NCBI GenBank assembly: GCA_018812355.1
Contig: JAHJDQ010000150.1
Location: 1 to 38,076 of the forward strand
DNA: 38,076 nucleotides
Reading direction: 5' to 3'
Source: Nanobdellota archaeon
Lineage (GTDB): Archaea > Nanobdellota > Nanobdellia > Woesearchaeales > GW2011-AR9
Shown in pieces: positions 26,805 to 36,111 of the stretch (within the stretch, counting starts at the first letter, position 1; each line of letters begins with the position of its first letter). The notes beneath the pieces are model-generated. The model made no database searches. It saw only the letters and a list, made by a program, of their open reading frames with translations, and was not told where the DNA came from. The position numbers and the translations under genes were made by a program.

Positions 26805-27008
26805 ATGGAATGTCAAAAAGAAGAAAATAAACAAAACTGTAATTGTACCTATCCTGGCTGTTCCAGAAAAGGGATTTGTTGTGAATGTATCAGACATCAT
26901 TTAAAAAACCGCCAATTACCCGGTTGTTGTTTTAATCAAGAAGGAGAGAAAACCTACGACAGAAGTTTTGAACATTTCGTCAAATTAGTTCAAGAAAACA
27001 AAGTTTAA
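26805..27008 (+). CDS. small Cys-rich protein (DUF6485-like)
   Basis: NCNCTYPGCSRKGICCECIRHH...LPGCCF pattern. Family name recalled from memory only. Confidence 0.45.
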   Translation: MECQKEENKQNCNCTYPGCSRKGICCECIRHHLKNRQLPGCCFNQEGEKTYDRSFEHFVKLVQENKV

Positions 27009-27068
27009 GTTAATCTAACCACAACTATTTTAAACTCTTTTATTATTTCATTCATATAAAAGAGGTCT

Positions 27069-28028
27069 ATGATGTTCAAAGAAGATGTTTTATGTATAGG
27101 TTCGGCTACTTTAGATCATTTCTTAACTGTTGAGCAATCTTTAAAATCAATCAAACTGGGTGATAAAGTTCTAGTTAATCGGATGGAAAAACATTCTGGC
27201 GGAGGAGCAACTAATGCCGCGGCAGCTTTATCCAAACTGGGATTAAAAGTAAAAATTCTTTCTAAATTAGGGAATGATCATGATGCAGATTTTATTTTGA
27301 AAGAAATGAAACAGTACAAAGTAAAAAACATCTGTTTGCATCATAGTTATAAAAATACTGACTTCTCAACTTTAATCTCTTCTTCTAAAGAAAAAGACCG
27401 TGTTATTTACGTGCATAAGGGGGCTTCTCAAGATCTTCTTAATACCGATTTCAAAAAATCACAATTAAAAGCAAAATGGATCTATTTATCTTCTCTCTTA
27501 GGAAAATCATTTCAAACCGCTACTGAAATTGTTCAGTATGCACAAAAAAAGAAAATTAAAATTTTGTTCAATCCTTCATTATATTTAGATAAAAAAGGCA
27601 AAAGTTACCTTGCTTCCATTTTAAAAAAGACTACTATTTTAGTTTTGAATAAAGAGGAAGCAGCTGCTTTGAGTAAGACTAACACCATTAAAAAAATGCT
27701 CTTAAAACTGCATCAGTTTGGACCAGAAACAGTAGTAATTACTAATGGTATCAAAAAACTTCATGCTTTACATGAAAATATCATTTATTCATTAATCCCC
27801 TCTGATGTTAAAGTTGTCCATACGGCAGGGGCAGGAGATGCTTTCACTTCTGGCTTATTAGCAGGGATAATCAAGAATTATTCATTTACGGATGCTTTAC
27901 GTTTAGGGCAAGTTAATTCCTATGCTGTCATCCAACACATCGGTACGAAGAATAAATTGCTCACTGAAAAAGAAGCCAAATTAATGATGAGGAAATATAA
28001 GATTAAGGTGCACAAAAATGTCCTCTAG
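27069..28028 (+). CDS. PfkB-family carbohydrate/nucleoside kinase
   Basis: N-terminal GGGATNAA and C-terminal TAGAGDAFTSG motifs of the ribokinase superfamily. Confidence 0.85.
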   Translation: MMFKEDVLCIGSATLDHFLTVEQSLKSIKLGDKVLVNRMEKHSGGGATNAAAALSKLGLKVKILSKLGNDHDADFILKEMKQYKVKNICLHHSYKNTDFSTLISSSKEKDRVIYVHKGASQDLLNTDFKKSQLKAKWIYLSSLLGKSFQTATEIVQYAQKKKIKILFNPSLYLDKKGKSYLASILKKTTILVLNKEEAAALSKTNTIKKMLLKLHQFGPETVVITNGIKKLHALHENIIYSLIPSDVKVVHTAGAGDAFTSGLLAGIIKNYSFTDALRLGQVNSYAVIQHIGTKNKLLTEKEAKLMMRKYKIKVHKNVL

Positions 28029-29964
28029 AAAACTAATTGATTGGATTAAGTCAGCAGAGGCTAAGAAAATTCCTGATAGTAAACTAAAGAAAATTATGAT
28101 AAAACGTGGCTGGCCTGAAAAAGATATTGATCATGCGATCGATCTTGCTCATAAGAAAAAAGTTAATTGGCTGCCTTTGATTTTGATGTTTATTGGATCA
28201 TTCCTTTTGTTTGTTTTTACTAATTCTGTTAATCGTGGTGATGAAATATTTTTTTGGCTATTTACAAGCACGACTATTGCTATAATTTATTCTCTATTAA
28301 TTTATTATAAAACCAATAAAAAAGAATCATTTATTGAATTTTTTATAATTAATTTTTCATCTGGTCTATTATCTTTAACCATATCATTTTTATTCTTCAA
28401 TTTCGTTGTACTTTTAGTTTATTTAATTAAAATTCCGGTGACAATCCCTCTAATCATCATCATTTCTGCTTTATCTATTACGCTCCTATTTTATCTTTTC
28501 TTTCTCACAGTTTCTCTCTTATCCAAACATTTTATGGGTTACTTTGATCATGAATCATTTTTTATATTTAAACATTGGCCGATGAAGATATTTAATGTCA
28601 ATTGGCAAAAGAAATGGACTTTGTTAAAGTATCCCGCGGTCGTTATCGTTATTGGATTGATTGTCTGTACTATTTTATTCAGTTTACTTGCAGAAAAAAC
28701 CAATCAACAGAATAATAACTCTCAATTTACACTTAAAGAACATTTAAGACAACAAATTCAAGATAATTGTATTATAGGTTATTCTGAAGATATATTTACT
28801 TGTTCTCCTTTTAATCAAGAACAATTAGAGTTAAAATATGTGCAAGAAGTAGAAACAGCAAGAAAAGATCTCTGGTTAGATGTCGAGAGTAAGACTCTCC
28901 CTAGAACAACTATTTTCAATTTTTTTGATGCAACCATAGAAAGACTATCTTATTTATTAAAATATGGGATGGAATGGGCTTTCCAAAGAGAACAATGGAA
29001 TATTATCAAAGAATTATCTCCAGCAGAACAGCAATTGTTATTCTATGACAATTTTGAGAATAGTTTAAGTCAATGGCGTTCGCAAGATTTGGTTTATAAC
29101 CCTTATGGGGGTTTCTGGCACATTGAAGAAGAACAAAATAATAAAGCACTGGAAGGGTTTGAACATATTTGGGTTCATGCCGGCTCGGAAGATTTTAAAA
29201 CAAGTATTTTTGAAACCAAGTTTAAAATTCTTGATGGAGGAGCACATATTAATTTCATTAATCGCGATTATCCTGGCGAGGGCCGATATTATGTTTCTGT
29301 TGCTGAGAATCATCTTGGATTGCATCGCCAGTATGATAATTGGGAAATATTTGAAGAGCTTGAATCAGTTAGTATTAATCTTAAAAAAGGGGAATGGTAC
29401 GATTTAAGAATTGAACTTAACGAATCTAATGATAAGTACATCACCATTTTCCTTAATGATAAGATTGTTTTAAGCAATCCACACGTTCCAATTTATAATA
29501 CTGGTTCAATTGCTTTTGAAACATTAGACAATTCTGTGATTTGGTTTGATGATGTAAAAGTTTTTGGTAATTATCAAGACGAACAGCAAGCTCTAGAATA
29601 TAACGTCTTCGAAAAAACAGACGATGAATTAACTAAATATATCGAGGAAAAAGAAAAGAATATTGCTGTATCATATCAACAATCTTTTGCTTCGGAACGT
29701 AACCAAGAATTTGACATCTTGGGATACCAAGAACAAAATGCTTATCGTTACAAATATATATTTTCATTTTTTGATTCTTATGATTATTTATCAGGAAGAT
29801 TAATTTATTTAGAAAAATTAAAACAAGAGATTGTTAAAGTTCTGGATGATTATTACAAGAATAAAATAAATGTTATTTATAATAATAGAAATGTTGAGGA
29901 ATCATTACAAAGTAAAGCAATCAGATTAACAGTGATGGAGAGGTTTTTAGAAAATGCTCGCTAA
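28018..29964 (+). CDS. polytopic membrane protein with a C-terminal LamG/DUF1080-like jelly-roll domain
   Basis: 648 aa. Short helical N-domain (RGWPEKDIDHAIDL), about 6 TM helices, and a large C-terminal region with FYDNFENSLSQWRS...WYDLRIELN...IAFETLDNSVIWFDDVKVFG. Overlaps both neighbours by 11 nt. Confidence 0.5.
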   Translation: MSSRKLIDWIKSAEAKKIPDSKLKKIMIKRGWPEKDIDHAIDLAHKKKVNWLPLILMFIGSFLLFVFTNSVNRGDEIFFWLFTSTTIAIIYSLLIYYKTNKKESFIEFFIINFSSGLLSLTISFLFFNFVVLLVYLIKIPVTIPLIIIISALSITLLFYLFFLTVSLLSKHFMGYFDHESFFIFKHWPMKIFNVNWQKKWTLLKYPAVVIVIGLIVCTILFSLLAEKTNQQNNNSQFTLKEHLRQQIQDNCIIGYSEDIFTCSPFNQEQLELKYVQEVETARKDLWLDVESKTLPRTTIFNFFDATIERLSYLLKYGMEWAFQREQWNIIKELSPAEQQLLFYDNFENSLSQWRSQDLVYNPYGGFWHIEEEQNNKALEGFEHIWVHAGSEDFKTSIFETKFKILDGGAHINFINRDYPGEGRYYVSVAENHLGLHRQYDNWEIFEELESVSINLKKGEWYDLRIELNESNDKYITIFLNDKIVLSNPHVPIYNTGSIAFETLDNSVIWFDDVKVFGNYQDEQQALEYNVFEKTDDELTKYIEEKEKNIAVSYQQSFASERNQEFDILGYQEQNAYRYKYIFSFFDSYDYLSGRLIYLEKLKQEIVKVLDDYYKNKINVIYNNRNVEESLQSKAIRLTVMERFLENAR

Positions 29965-30868
29965 TACTAAAACAATACTTGAAAAAGCAGCTCGAAAGAA
30001 CTATGCTGTTGGACACTTTAACATTAACAACATGGAAATTCTGCAAGGAGTAGTGCAAGCAGCTAATAATCTTAAAGCTCCAATTATCGTAGCCACTAGT
30101 GAAGGCGCGATTAAGTATGCTGGGATGAATTTCCTTTACGATTTGGTGAGAACTGCTTCCGAGTTAAGTAAAGTACCAATCGCTTTACATCTTGACCATG
30201 GTCAAGATATGAATATCATCAGGCAGGCAATAAAAATAGGCTACTCTTCGGTGATGTTTGACGGTTCTCATTATCCTTTCAAAAAAAATCTCCGTTTAAC
30301 TAAAAAAGTAGTCAAATTAGCACATAAAAAAAATATTTCCGTAGAAGCAGAACTCGGCACTATCGGCGGAGTAGAAGATAATATTAAATCCAAAAAAATA
30401 ATTTACACTGATCCAGAAAAAGCGCAAGAATTTGTCAATAAAACTGGTTGCGATTTTCTAGCCATAGCCATCGGCACATCGCATGGCGCGTATAAATTTA
30501 GAGGACCAGCAAAACTCAATTTTGCTTTACTAAAAGAAATAAAACAGAAAATTAAAGTCCCTTTAGTTCTGCACGGAGGATCGGAAGTACCTCGAGAAGT
30601 AGTTCAGCAAGCAGAAAAATATGGTGCTAAATTGAGCGGAGTTAGGGGCGTTCCTGATCAACAGATAAGAATGGCAGTTAAATATGGGATTAACAAAATT
30701 AATACTGATACTGACTTAAGAATAGCTTTCGATGCGGCAGTAAGAAAAATAATCAAAACTAAACCGAAAGATTTTGATCCTCGTCACATTTTAGCTCCAG
30801 CCAGAGATCTAATTACTAAAGTAGCTGAACACCGTATTAAAGTATTTGGAAGTGTAAAAAAATGGTGA
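29954..30868 (+). CDS. fba: class II fructose/ketose-bisphosphate aldolase
   Basis: GHFNINN, LHLDHG, GTSHGAYKF, LVLHGGS motifs. Confidence 0.85.
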   Translation: MLANTKTILEKAARKNYAVGHFNINNMEILQGVVQAANNLKAPIIVATSEGAIKYAGMNFLYDLVRTASELSKVPIALHLDHGQDMNIIRQAIKIGYSSVMFDGSHYPFKKNLRLTKKVVKLAHKKNISVEAELGTIGGVEDNIKSKKIIYTDPEKAQEFVNKTGCDFLAIAIGTSHGAYKFRGPAKLNFALLKEIKQKIKVPLVLHGGSEVPREVVQQAEKYGAKLSGVRGVPDQQIRMAVKYGINKINTDTDLRIAFDAAVRKIIKTKPKDFDPRHILAPARDLITKVAEHRIKVFGSVKKW

Positions 30869-31308
30869 AAGTATATCTGGCTTCCGATCACGGCGGATTT
30901 TTGTTAAAGAAAAAATTACTTGTTTTTCTAGCCAAAAATAATTATAATCTAGAAGACCTCGGCCCCAAAGAATTTAACATTAAAGATGATTATCCAGATT
31001 ATGCTCTTCCTTTAGCCAAAAAAGTATCTAAAGATAAAAATAGTTTCGGAATTCTTTTATGTCGTAATGGACAAGGAGTGTGTATTTCTGCTAATAAAGT
31101 AAAAGGTATTCGTGCTGTTACTGGCTTTTCTAAAAAAATGATTAAAAGTACTCGCCACGACGATAATGCTAATGTTTTATGTCTACCTGCTGATTACATT
31201 AAAGAAAAAGAAGCTAAAAAAATTATTAAAATCTTTTTAGAAACAAAATTCTCCAAATTAGCTCGACACCAAAGAAGACTCAACAAAATAAAAAGATTAG
31301 AAAAATAA
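30862..31308 (+). CDS. rpiB: ribose-5-phosphate isomerase B
   Basis: YLASDHGGF, ILLCRNGQGVCISANK, HDDNANVLCLPA are RpiB/LacAB motifs. Confidence 0.85.
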   Translation: MVKVYLASDHGGFLLKKKLLVFLAKNNYNLEDLGPKEFNIKDDYPDYALPLAKKVSKDKNSFGILLCRNGQGVCISANKVKGIRAVTGFSKKMIKSTRHDDNANVLCLPADYIKEKEAKKIIKIFLETKFSKLARHQRRLNKIKRLEK

Positions 31309-31309
31309 G

Positions 31310-31411
31310 ATGGATCTGCAAAAATTATTCACTGAGAATGGAGTAATTATTATTTTAGCAATCGTCTTTTTATTATTTATTTTTGCCATTATCATTAAGA
31401 GAGTTATCTAA
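31310..31411 (+). CDS. 33-aa single-TM peptide (not in the ORF track)
   Basis: MDLQKLFTENGVIIILAIVFLLFIFAIIIKRVI exactly fills the rpiB-rpe gap. No clear RBS. Confidence 0.3.
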   Translation: MDLQKLFTENGVIIILAIVFLLFIFAIIIKRVI

Positions 31412-31413
31412 AA

Positions 31414-32034
31414 ATGAACAAACAAATCTGGCCCAGCATTATGGCCAAATCACAACAAGAATTGAATAAAGACCTCAACAAACTAAAAGGCGTCGCTAAA
31501 ACATTACATTTAGACATCGTTGACGGTAAGTTTGCTCATAACAAAACGTTACAATTTCCATTTAAATTAAAAAATAATTTTAATTATACTGTCCATCTCA
31601 TGATTAAAAATCCAGAAAAATGGATCAAAAAAAATATTAAAAAAAATTATCTCTTCATCCCTCATTTTGAAGAAATTAAGCATAAAGAGGAACATCTTCA
31701 GTTCATCAAGAAAAATAAAAAAAAGGTTGCTTTTGCTTTATTACCAAAAACAAAAGTTAAAACCATTAAACCTTACCTAAATAAAATCAATTATATCCTT
31801 ATTCTCACGGTTCAACCTGGCTTTTACGGTTCTAAATTTCTTAAAAAACCACTCCAGAAAATTAAACAAATAAAAAAACTAAACCCCCAAATCAAAATAA
31901 TCGTTGACGGCGGTTTGAATCCCAAAACGATTAAGAAAGCTCAAGCCGCTGATTATTTCGTCTCCGGTTCATATACAACTAAAGCAGAACATCCTCAACA
32001 AAGAATTAAACTTTTAAAACAAGCTCTTTCTTAG
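31414..32034 (+). CDS. rpe: ribulose-phosphate 3-epimerase (divergent)
   Basis: LHLDIVDGKFA, LTVQPGFYGSKF, IIVDGGLN correspond to Rpe motifs. Confidence 0.7.
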   Translation: MNKQIWPSIMAKSQQELNKDLNKLKGVAKTLHLDIVDGKFAHNKTLQFPFKLKNNFNYTVHLMIKNPEKWIKKNIKKNYLFIPHFEEIKHKEEHLQFIKKNKKKVAFALLPKTKVKTIKPYLNKINYILILTVQPGFYGSKFLKKPLQKIKQIKKLNPQIKIIVDGGLNPKTIKKAQAADYFVSGSYTTKAEHPQQRIKLLKQALS

Positions 32035-32035
32035 A

Positions 32036-32719
32036 TTAAATGTACCAACTTAAAATTATCAGAGCAGAATAAATGACAAATCCAATTGTAAAATAACCAA
32101 TATGTCCCTTATTCCCGAAAGGGATATGGTGTCGAATGATTGTATATAATAAAACTCCAATTGCAATTCCAATTAAAGAATATTCTATTTTTGCTGGCAT
32201 ATTTCTCCATAATAAAGCAAAAACAGTCCCTAAAACCGTTGCTGTGGAAAGAAAGAGGGCTTTAATTTTTAATGGATGACGGCTTGCCGGCAGATTACTT
32301 AAAAAAGTGTAAGATAACATTGGAATTGAAAATAAAACTGCTTCCGCAGCACTACCTTTAGCAAAAGTAACTAAAATGATTCCAATAATGAAATGGTAAA
32401 TGAATGAAAAAACATGTTCTTCTAACGTTAACATCCTTACTAAATCTCTTTTTATATTATGCATATAAATTTCTTTTTCAATAATATGATGAATAATAAA
32501 CCCAACTGGAATAGAAATGAACAAAATCTTATGAATTGACAAAGCAGCCTCTGTAAATGTTGGAAACAGTTCTAATAAAACGTAAGTAATCGAGACTCCT
32601 GCCGAAAAAGAAAATATTTTTTTGTTCCACTCCGCATGTTTAATTGTCCATTTATTACTGTAATAATAAGCAATAGAAATAATCGTGGCCAGTAATATAG
32701 GTAAAAAGAGGTTTGACAT
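32036..32719 (-). CDS. polytopic membrane protein, possibly a ZIP-like metal transporter
   Basis: 227 aa, about 7 TM helices, His-rich helix faces (FIIHHIIEKE, IYHFIIG, IRHHIPFG). Family uncertain. Confidence 0.4.
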   Translation of the reverse strand: MSNLFLPILLATIISIAYYYSNKWTIKHAEWNKKIFSFSAGVSITYVLLELFPTFTEAALSIHKILFISIPVGFIIHHIIEKEIYMHNIKRDLVRMLTLEEHVFSFIYHFIIGIILVTFAKGSAAEAVLFSIPMLSYTFLSNLPASRHPLKIKALFLSTATVLGTVFALLWRNMPAKIEYSLIGIAIGVLLYTIIRHHIPFGNKGHIGYFTIGFVIYSALIILSWYI

Positions 32720-32831
32720 AACTAAGAAGAATTATTTTACTACTTAATAATATTTCGTTTTAAGAAGAAAAAAAGAAAAAAAGAAATTTTTGGTAATTTC
32801 TAGTCATTCCTTCGGAATAAAATAAAAAAGC

Positions 32832-33251
32832 TTACTCAACTACTAATTTACCCTTGACACCATAACCAGTGGTCCAGTAAGTGTAAGTACCTTCTTCAAA
32901 AGTTAGACTTACCCCTTCTCCAGGCTTAACTAAATCGCTGTTAGTAAACATTTGGGTACCATCTTTTTGAAAAGTTAAAACCGTACTTCGATCAGCTTTA
33001 TTCACAAAAACAACTTCACTGCCTGCTCGAACACTAGCTTCTGCTGGAGAAAACCCTGCTTTATCGAGAATCTCAACATCGCCACTTAAAGTAGCAACTT
33101 CTTCTTCATCACTGCCCCAGGAAACTTCATTATTTTCTTCTACTGCCGGTTCTTCTGCTACGACTGCTTCTTCAGCAACTTGAACTTGCGTACAACCAAC
33201 TACAAACAAAATTGCTAACAATACCATCAATAAAATATACTTTTTCATCAT
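32832..33251 (-). CDS. lipoprotein with a cupredoxin-like domain lacking obvious Cu ligands
   Basis: Lipobox VVGC, acidic linker, and a beta-sandwich ending GVKGKLVVE (compare GTLVVE at the end of 2813-4375). The domain has no Cys or His. Confidence 0.55.
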   Translation of the reverse strand: MMKKYILLMVLLAILFVVGCTQVQVAEEAVVAEEPAVEENNEVSWGSDEEEVATLSGDVEILDKAGFSPAEASVRAGSEVVFVNKADRSTVLTFQKDGTQMFTNSDLVKPGEGVSLTFEEGTYTYWTTGYGVKGKLVVE

Positions 33252-33385
33252 TAAAACTCCCTGAGTTTTTTAATTAGTTTATTGCTTTTATTCATATACT
33301 TTACTAAATTAAGACTTCATTAAATGGCAAAACATTTATTAAGATTGCTTTTCTATTTATAAAGAAAAAGAGGTGAATTTAAAAG

Positions 33386-33499
33386 ATGGTTAAAAAGAAG
33401 GAAGAGAACTCTTGGATTTTTTATTTAGCTTTTGGATTAATTATTATTGGGGTAGCGGCAGTAGTTATGCTCGCTCTACATGCTTTGGGGATAATTTAA
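33386..33499 (+). CDS. 37-aa single-TM peptide (not in the ORF track)
   Basis: MVKKKEENSWIFYLAFGLIIIGVAAVVMLALHALGII, with the RBS GAGGTGA about 8 nt upstream. Confidence 0.45.
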   Translation: MVKKKEENSWIFYLAFGLIIIGVAAVVMLALHALGII

Positions 33500-33500
33500 G

Positions 33501-33692
33501 ATGATTAGTCGTGTTAAAAAGATTATTATTTATTTAGATATGTTGCTCTTAATTATGACGGCATCATGGATTATTTTTGGAGTTTCTAAAAGTGTGAATA
33601 ATATTGAACTGGTTTATAATTATACTTATATTATTACTTTAACAATTGCTTTATTGCTTAACATAAAAGTAATCCATCAAAAAAATGAATAA
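33501..33692 (+). CDS. 63-aa two-TM peptide
   Basis: Starts 1 nt after the previous stop and overlaps the transketolase start by 8 nt. Confidence 0.45.
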   Translation: MISRVKKIIIYLDMLLLIMTASWIIFGVSKSVNNIELVYNYTYIITLTIALLLNIKVIHQKNE

Positions 33693-34515
33693 ACTCACCA
33701 ACCTCAAATTAAAAGCAAATCTGATTAGACAAGACTTACTTACTATGCTCAATCATGCTGGTTCAGGCCATACTGCTGGCCCACTTGGTTTAGTGGAAAT
33801 CTTTACTGCTTTATATTTTAAAATTCTGAAACATAATCCAAAAAAACATTTATGGGAGAAAAGAGATCGCTTAATTCTTTCTAATGGTCACGTTTGTCCG
33901 GTTCGTTACACAACGATGGCCCATGCCGGTTATTTTCCAGTTAAAGAACTAACTACTTTACGAAAATTAAATTCCCGCTTGCAGGGACATCCAAGTCGGG
34001 TTGATCTGCCCGCGTTAGAACTTTCTGCTGCTTCCTTAGGCCAAGGCTTAGGAGTAAGTGTTGGGATGGCTCTTGCAGCAAAATTAAAAAAACAAAAGCA
34101 GACCATTTATTGCCTTAGTTCAGATGGCGAACATGATGAAGGTTCAACTTGGGAAGCGATTAACGCTGCTGCCAAATGGAACTTAAATAATCTCATCAAT
34201 ATTATCGATCGTAATAATATCCAAATCTCTGGTTATACTCAAGATGTTTGGCCCTTAAAATCATTAAAAGCTAAATATGAATCTTTTGGCTGGAAAGTTT
34301 ACGAAATTAATGGCCATAGTTTCCAGCAGATTTTTTCTACAATTAAAAAAGCCAAACAGTTTAACGGACCCGTTTGCATTATCGCTTTTACTGTTCCTGG
34401 GAAAGGCATCACTTTCATGGAACATGAATATGCCTGGCACGGTAAAGCTCCCAACAAAGAGGAATTAACCCGTGCTTTATTAGAACTAAAAGAGGAAAGA
34501 AGAAAAATAAAATGA
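33685..34515 (+). CDS. transketolase, N-terminal (TPP-binding) subunit
   Basis: GHTAGPLGLVEI, SNGH, and the GDGEHDEG-like SSDGEHDEGSTWEA motif. Split-type tkt. Confidence 0.9.
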   Translation: MNKLTNLKLKANLIRQDLLTMLNHAGSGHTAGPLGLVEIFTALYFKILKHNPKKHLWEKRDRLILSNGHVCPVRYTTMAHAGYFPVKELTTLRKLNSRLQGHPSRVDLPALELSAASLGQGLGVSVGMALAAKLKKQKQTIYCLSSDGEHDEGSTWEAINAAAKWNLNNLINIIDRNNIQISGYTQDVWPLKSLKAKYESFGWKVYEINGHSFQQIFSTIKKAKQFNGPVCIIAFTVPGKGITFMEHEYAWHGKAPNKEELTRALLELKEERRKIK

Positions 34516-34563
34516 AAATCCTAAAGAAATTTTCAATGTTTACTCGGAGGAACTCGTAAACAA

Positions 34564-35472
34564 ATGATAGAATCTAACTCAACACGATCTGGTTTTGGTC
34601 AAGCAATGTTACACCTAGGAAAAAACAAAAAAGTAGTTGCTTTATCTGCTGACTTAACTGAATCAAATAAATTAGTCGCTTTTGAAAAGAAATATCCTCA
34701 AAGATTTTTTCAAGCTGGAGTTGCGGAACAGAATATGGTTACAATGGCTACTGGAATGGCTTTAGAAGGATTAATCCCGTTTGCTTGTTCATTTGGTGTC
34801 TTCCTGCCAATGAGATGTCTCGATCAAATTAGAATTTCTGTTTGTTACAATCAAGCTAATGTTAAACTAGTTGCTACTCATTGTGGTTTAATTACAGGAC
34901 CTGATGGGGCAACACATCAGGCTTTGGAAGATGTCGCTGCTCTGCGCAGTTTACCGGGAATGACAATTATCGAACCATCTGATTATCAGCAAGCAATTAA
35001 AGCGACCAAAGCCGCTACGAGGTGGAAAGGACCTGTTTATCTTAGATTACATCGTGCTAAGTTACCTGCTTTAACTAAAAAAAGTAGTTCGTTTAAGATT
35101 GGCAAAGCTCAACTCTTACAACGTGGAAAAAAATTAACCATCATTGGTTCTGGTCCGATTCTTAACGAAGTAATCAAATTAAATTCAAATTATGAAATCA
35201 TTAATTGTCATACAATTAAACCTTTAGATCAAAAAACAATTTTACAATCGGTTAAGAAAACTAAAAAAGTGTTAGTAATTCAAGACCATCAAGTTTACGG
35301 TGGTTTAGGAAGTGCTATTGCTGAATTATTGTCAGAACACTATCCTGTTAAAATGAAAATTATCGGCATGCCAGATAAATTTGGCGAGTCCGGAACTCCT
35401 GTTGAATTATGGGATAAATATGGGTTAAGTGCAAAACACATTCGGAAAGAAGCAATGAGGTTACTAAGATGA
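34564..35472 (+). CDS. transketolase, C-terminal (pyrimidine-binding) subunit
   Basis: FFQAGVAEQNMV, THQALEDVAALRSLPGMT. RBS GGAGGA. Confidence 0.9.
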   Translation: MIESNSTRSGFGQAMLHLGKNKKVVALSADLTESNKLVAFEKKYPQRFFQAGVAEQNMVTMATGMALEGLIPFACSFGVFLPMRCLDQIRISVCYNQANVKLVATHCGLITGPDGATHQALEDVAALRSLPGMTIIEPSDYQQAIKATKAATRWKGPVYLRLHRAKLPALTKKSSSFKIGKAQLLQRGKKLTIIGSGPILNEVIKLNSNYEIINCHTIKPLDQKTILQSVKKTKKVLVIQDHQVYGGLGSAIAELLSEHYPVKMKIIGMPDKFGESGTPVELWDKYGLSAKHIRKEAMRLLR

Positions 35473-35612
35473 CTAAAAAATATTTTAGATGTAATGTTTG
35501 TAATGACGTTCATTATGGTAATGCCGGACCAGAAATCTGTCCCACTTGCCAGCAAAAAGATGCTTACGTGGAAATTGACAAAGAAGAAGCGAAAAATGTT
35601 CTAGGATTATGA
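35469..35612 (+). CDS. 47-aa rubredoxin-like zinc/iron-ribbon protein (not in the ORF track)
   Basis: FRCNVCNDVHYGNAGPEICPTCQQ gives CxxC...CxxC knuckles. ATGA overlaps at both ends. RBS TGAGGT. Confidence 0.6.
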   Translation: MTKKYFRCNVCNDVHYGNAGPEICPTCQQKDAYVEIDKEEAKNVLGL

Positions 35613-35890
35613 ATAAAGAAGAATTGCTTAAAGTTTGGAAAAAATTTACTGAGAATAACAATTTCATTCTCAATCCAGATCAAGAGCACGTTGCTACAAT
35701 CATTGATGGCGTTCTCTTAAACGAAAAGAAGTTTGGCTTAAAATTGTGTCCTTGTCGTTTAAGAGACGGTACTAGAGAAAAAGATTTAGAATTAATTTGT
35801 CCTTGTAATTTTAAAACTCATTCTACTTGGTTAAAACCTCATTCTGGCAGGAAACCAATGTGTTGGTGTGGGCTGTTTGAAAAGAGGTGA
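35609..35890 (+). CDS. ferredoxin:thioredoxin reductase catalytic-subunit-like protein
   Basis: CPC-x14-CPC-x18-CWC cysteine pattern (LCPCRL...ICPCNF...MCWCGLF), related to the FTRc CPC/CPC/CHC pattern. Confidence 0.75.
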   Translation: MNKEELLKVWKKFTENNNFILNPDQEHVATIIDGVLLNEKKFGLKLCPCRLRDGTREKDLELICPCNFKTHSTWLKPHSGRKPMCWCGLFEKR

Positions 35891-35899
35891 TTAAAAAAA

Positions 35900-36073
35900 A
35901 TGGTTAACTTAATTCAATGGTTTGGGATTTTAGCGTTTATCTTTTTTCTGGCTACAGCTATCTTTGGCTATTTGGTCCAGAAAGGAAAAACAAAATTATC
36001 TTGGCATAAAGTTATTGCTACTTTAGCTTTGCTCTTAGCTTTAGTCCATGTCGGCTTAATTTATCTACGTTAG
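35900..36073 (+). CDS. 57-aa two-TM peptide (not in the ORF track)
   Basis: MVNLIQWFGILAFIFFLATAIFGYLVQKGKTKLSWHKVIATLALLLALVHVGLIYLR, with the RBS AGAGGTGA 9 nt upstream. Confidence 0.45.
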   Translation: MVNLIQWFGILAFIFFLATAIFGYLVQKGKTKLSWHKVIATLALLLALVHVGLIYLR

Positions 36074-36111
36074 ACAGTAAACTTTAAAAACTCAGTCTTT
36101 AAATCAGACTC

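Noticed and set aside
33256-33272. 7-bp hairpin AAAACTC-CCT-GAGTTTT overlapping the RBS of the cupredoxin-like lipoprotein gene, as a translational switch
   Set aside because: The stem is short and AT-rich, there is no alternative pairing partner, and no second example exists. This is too weak to call.
34277-34468. 63-aa +-strand ORF inside the transketolase N-subunit gene, and 5340-5540 inside aconitase
   Set aside because: These are alternative frames of clearly homologous enzymes, with no independent support.
35340-35673. Minus-strand ORFs 35340-35555 and 35485-35673
   Set aside because: They overlap the tkt C-terminus, the rubredoxin-like ORF and the FTR-like gene, all of which have recognisable motifs and translational coupling.
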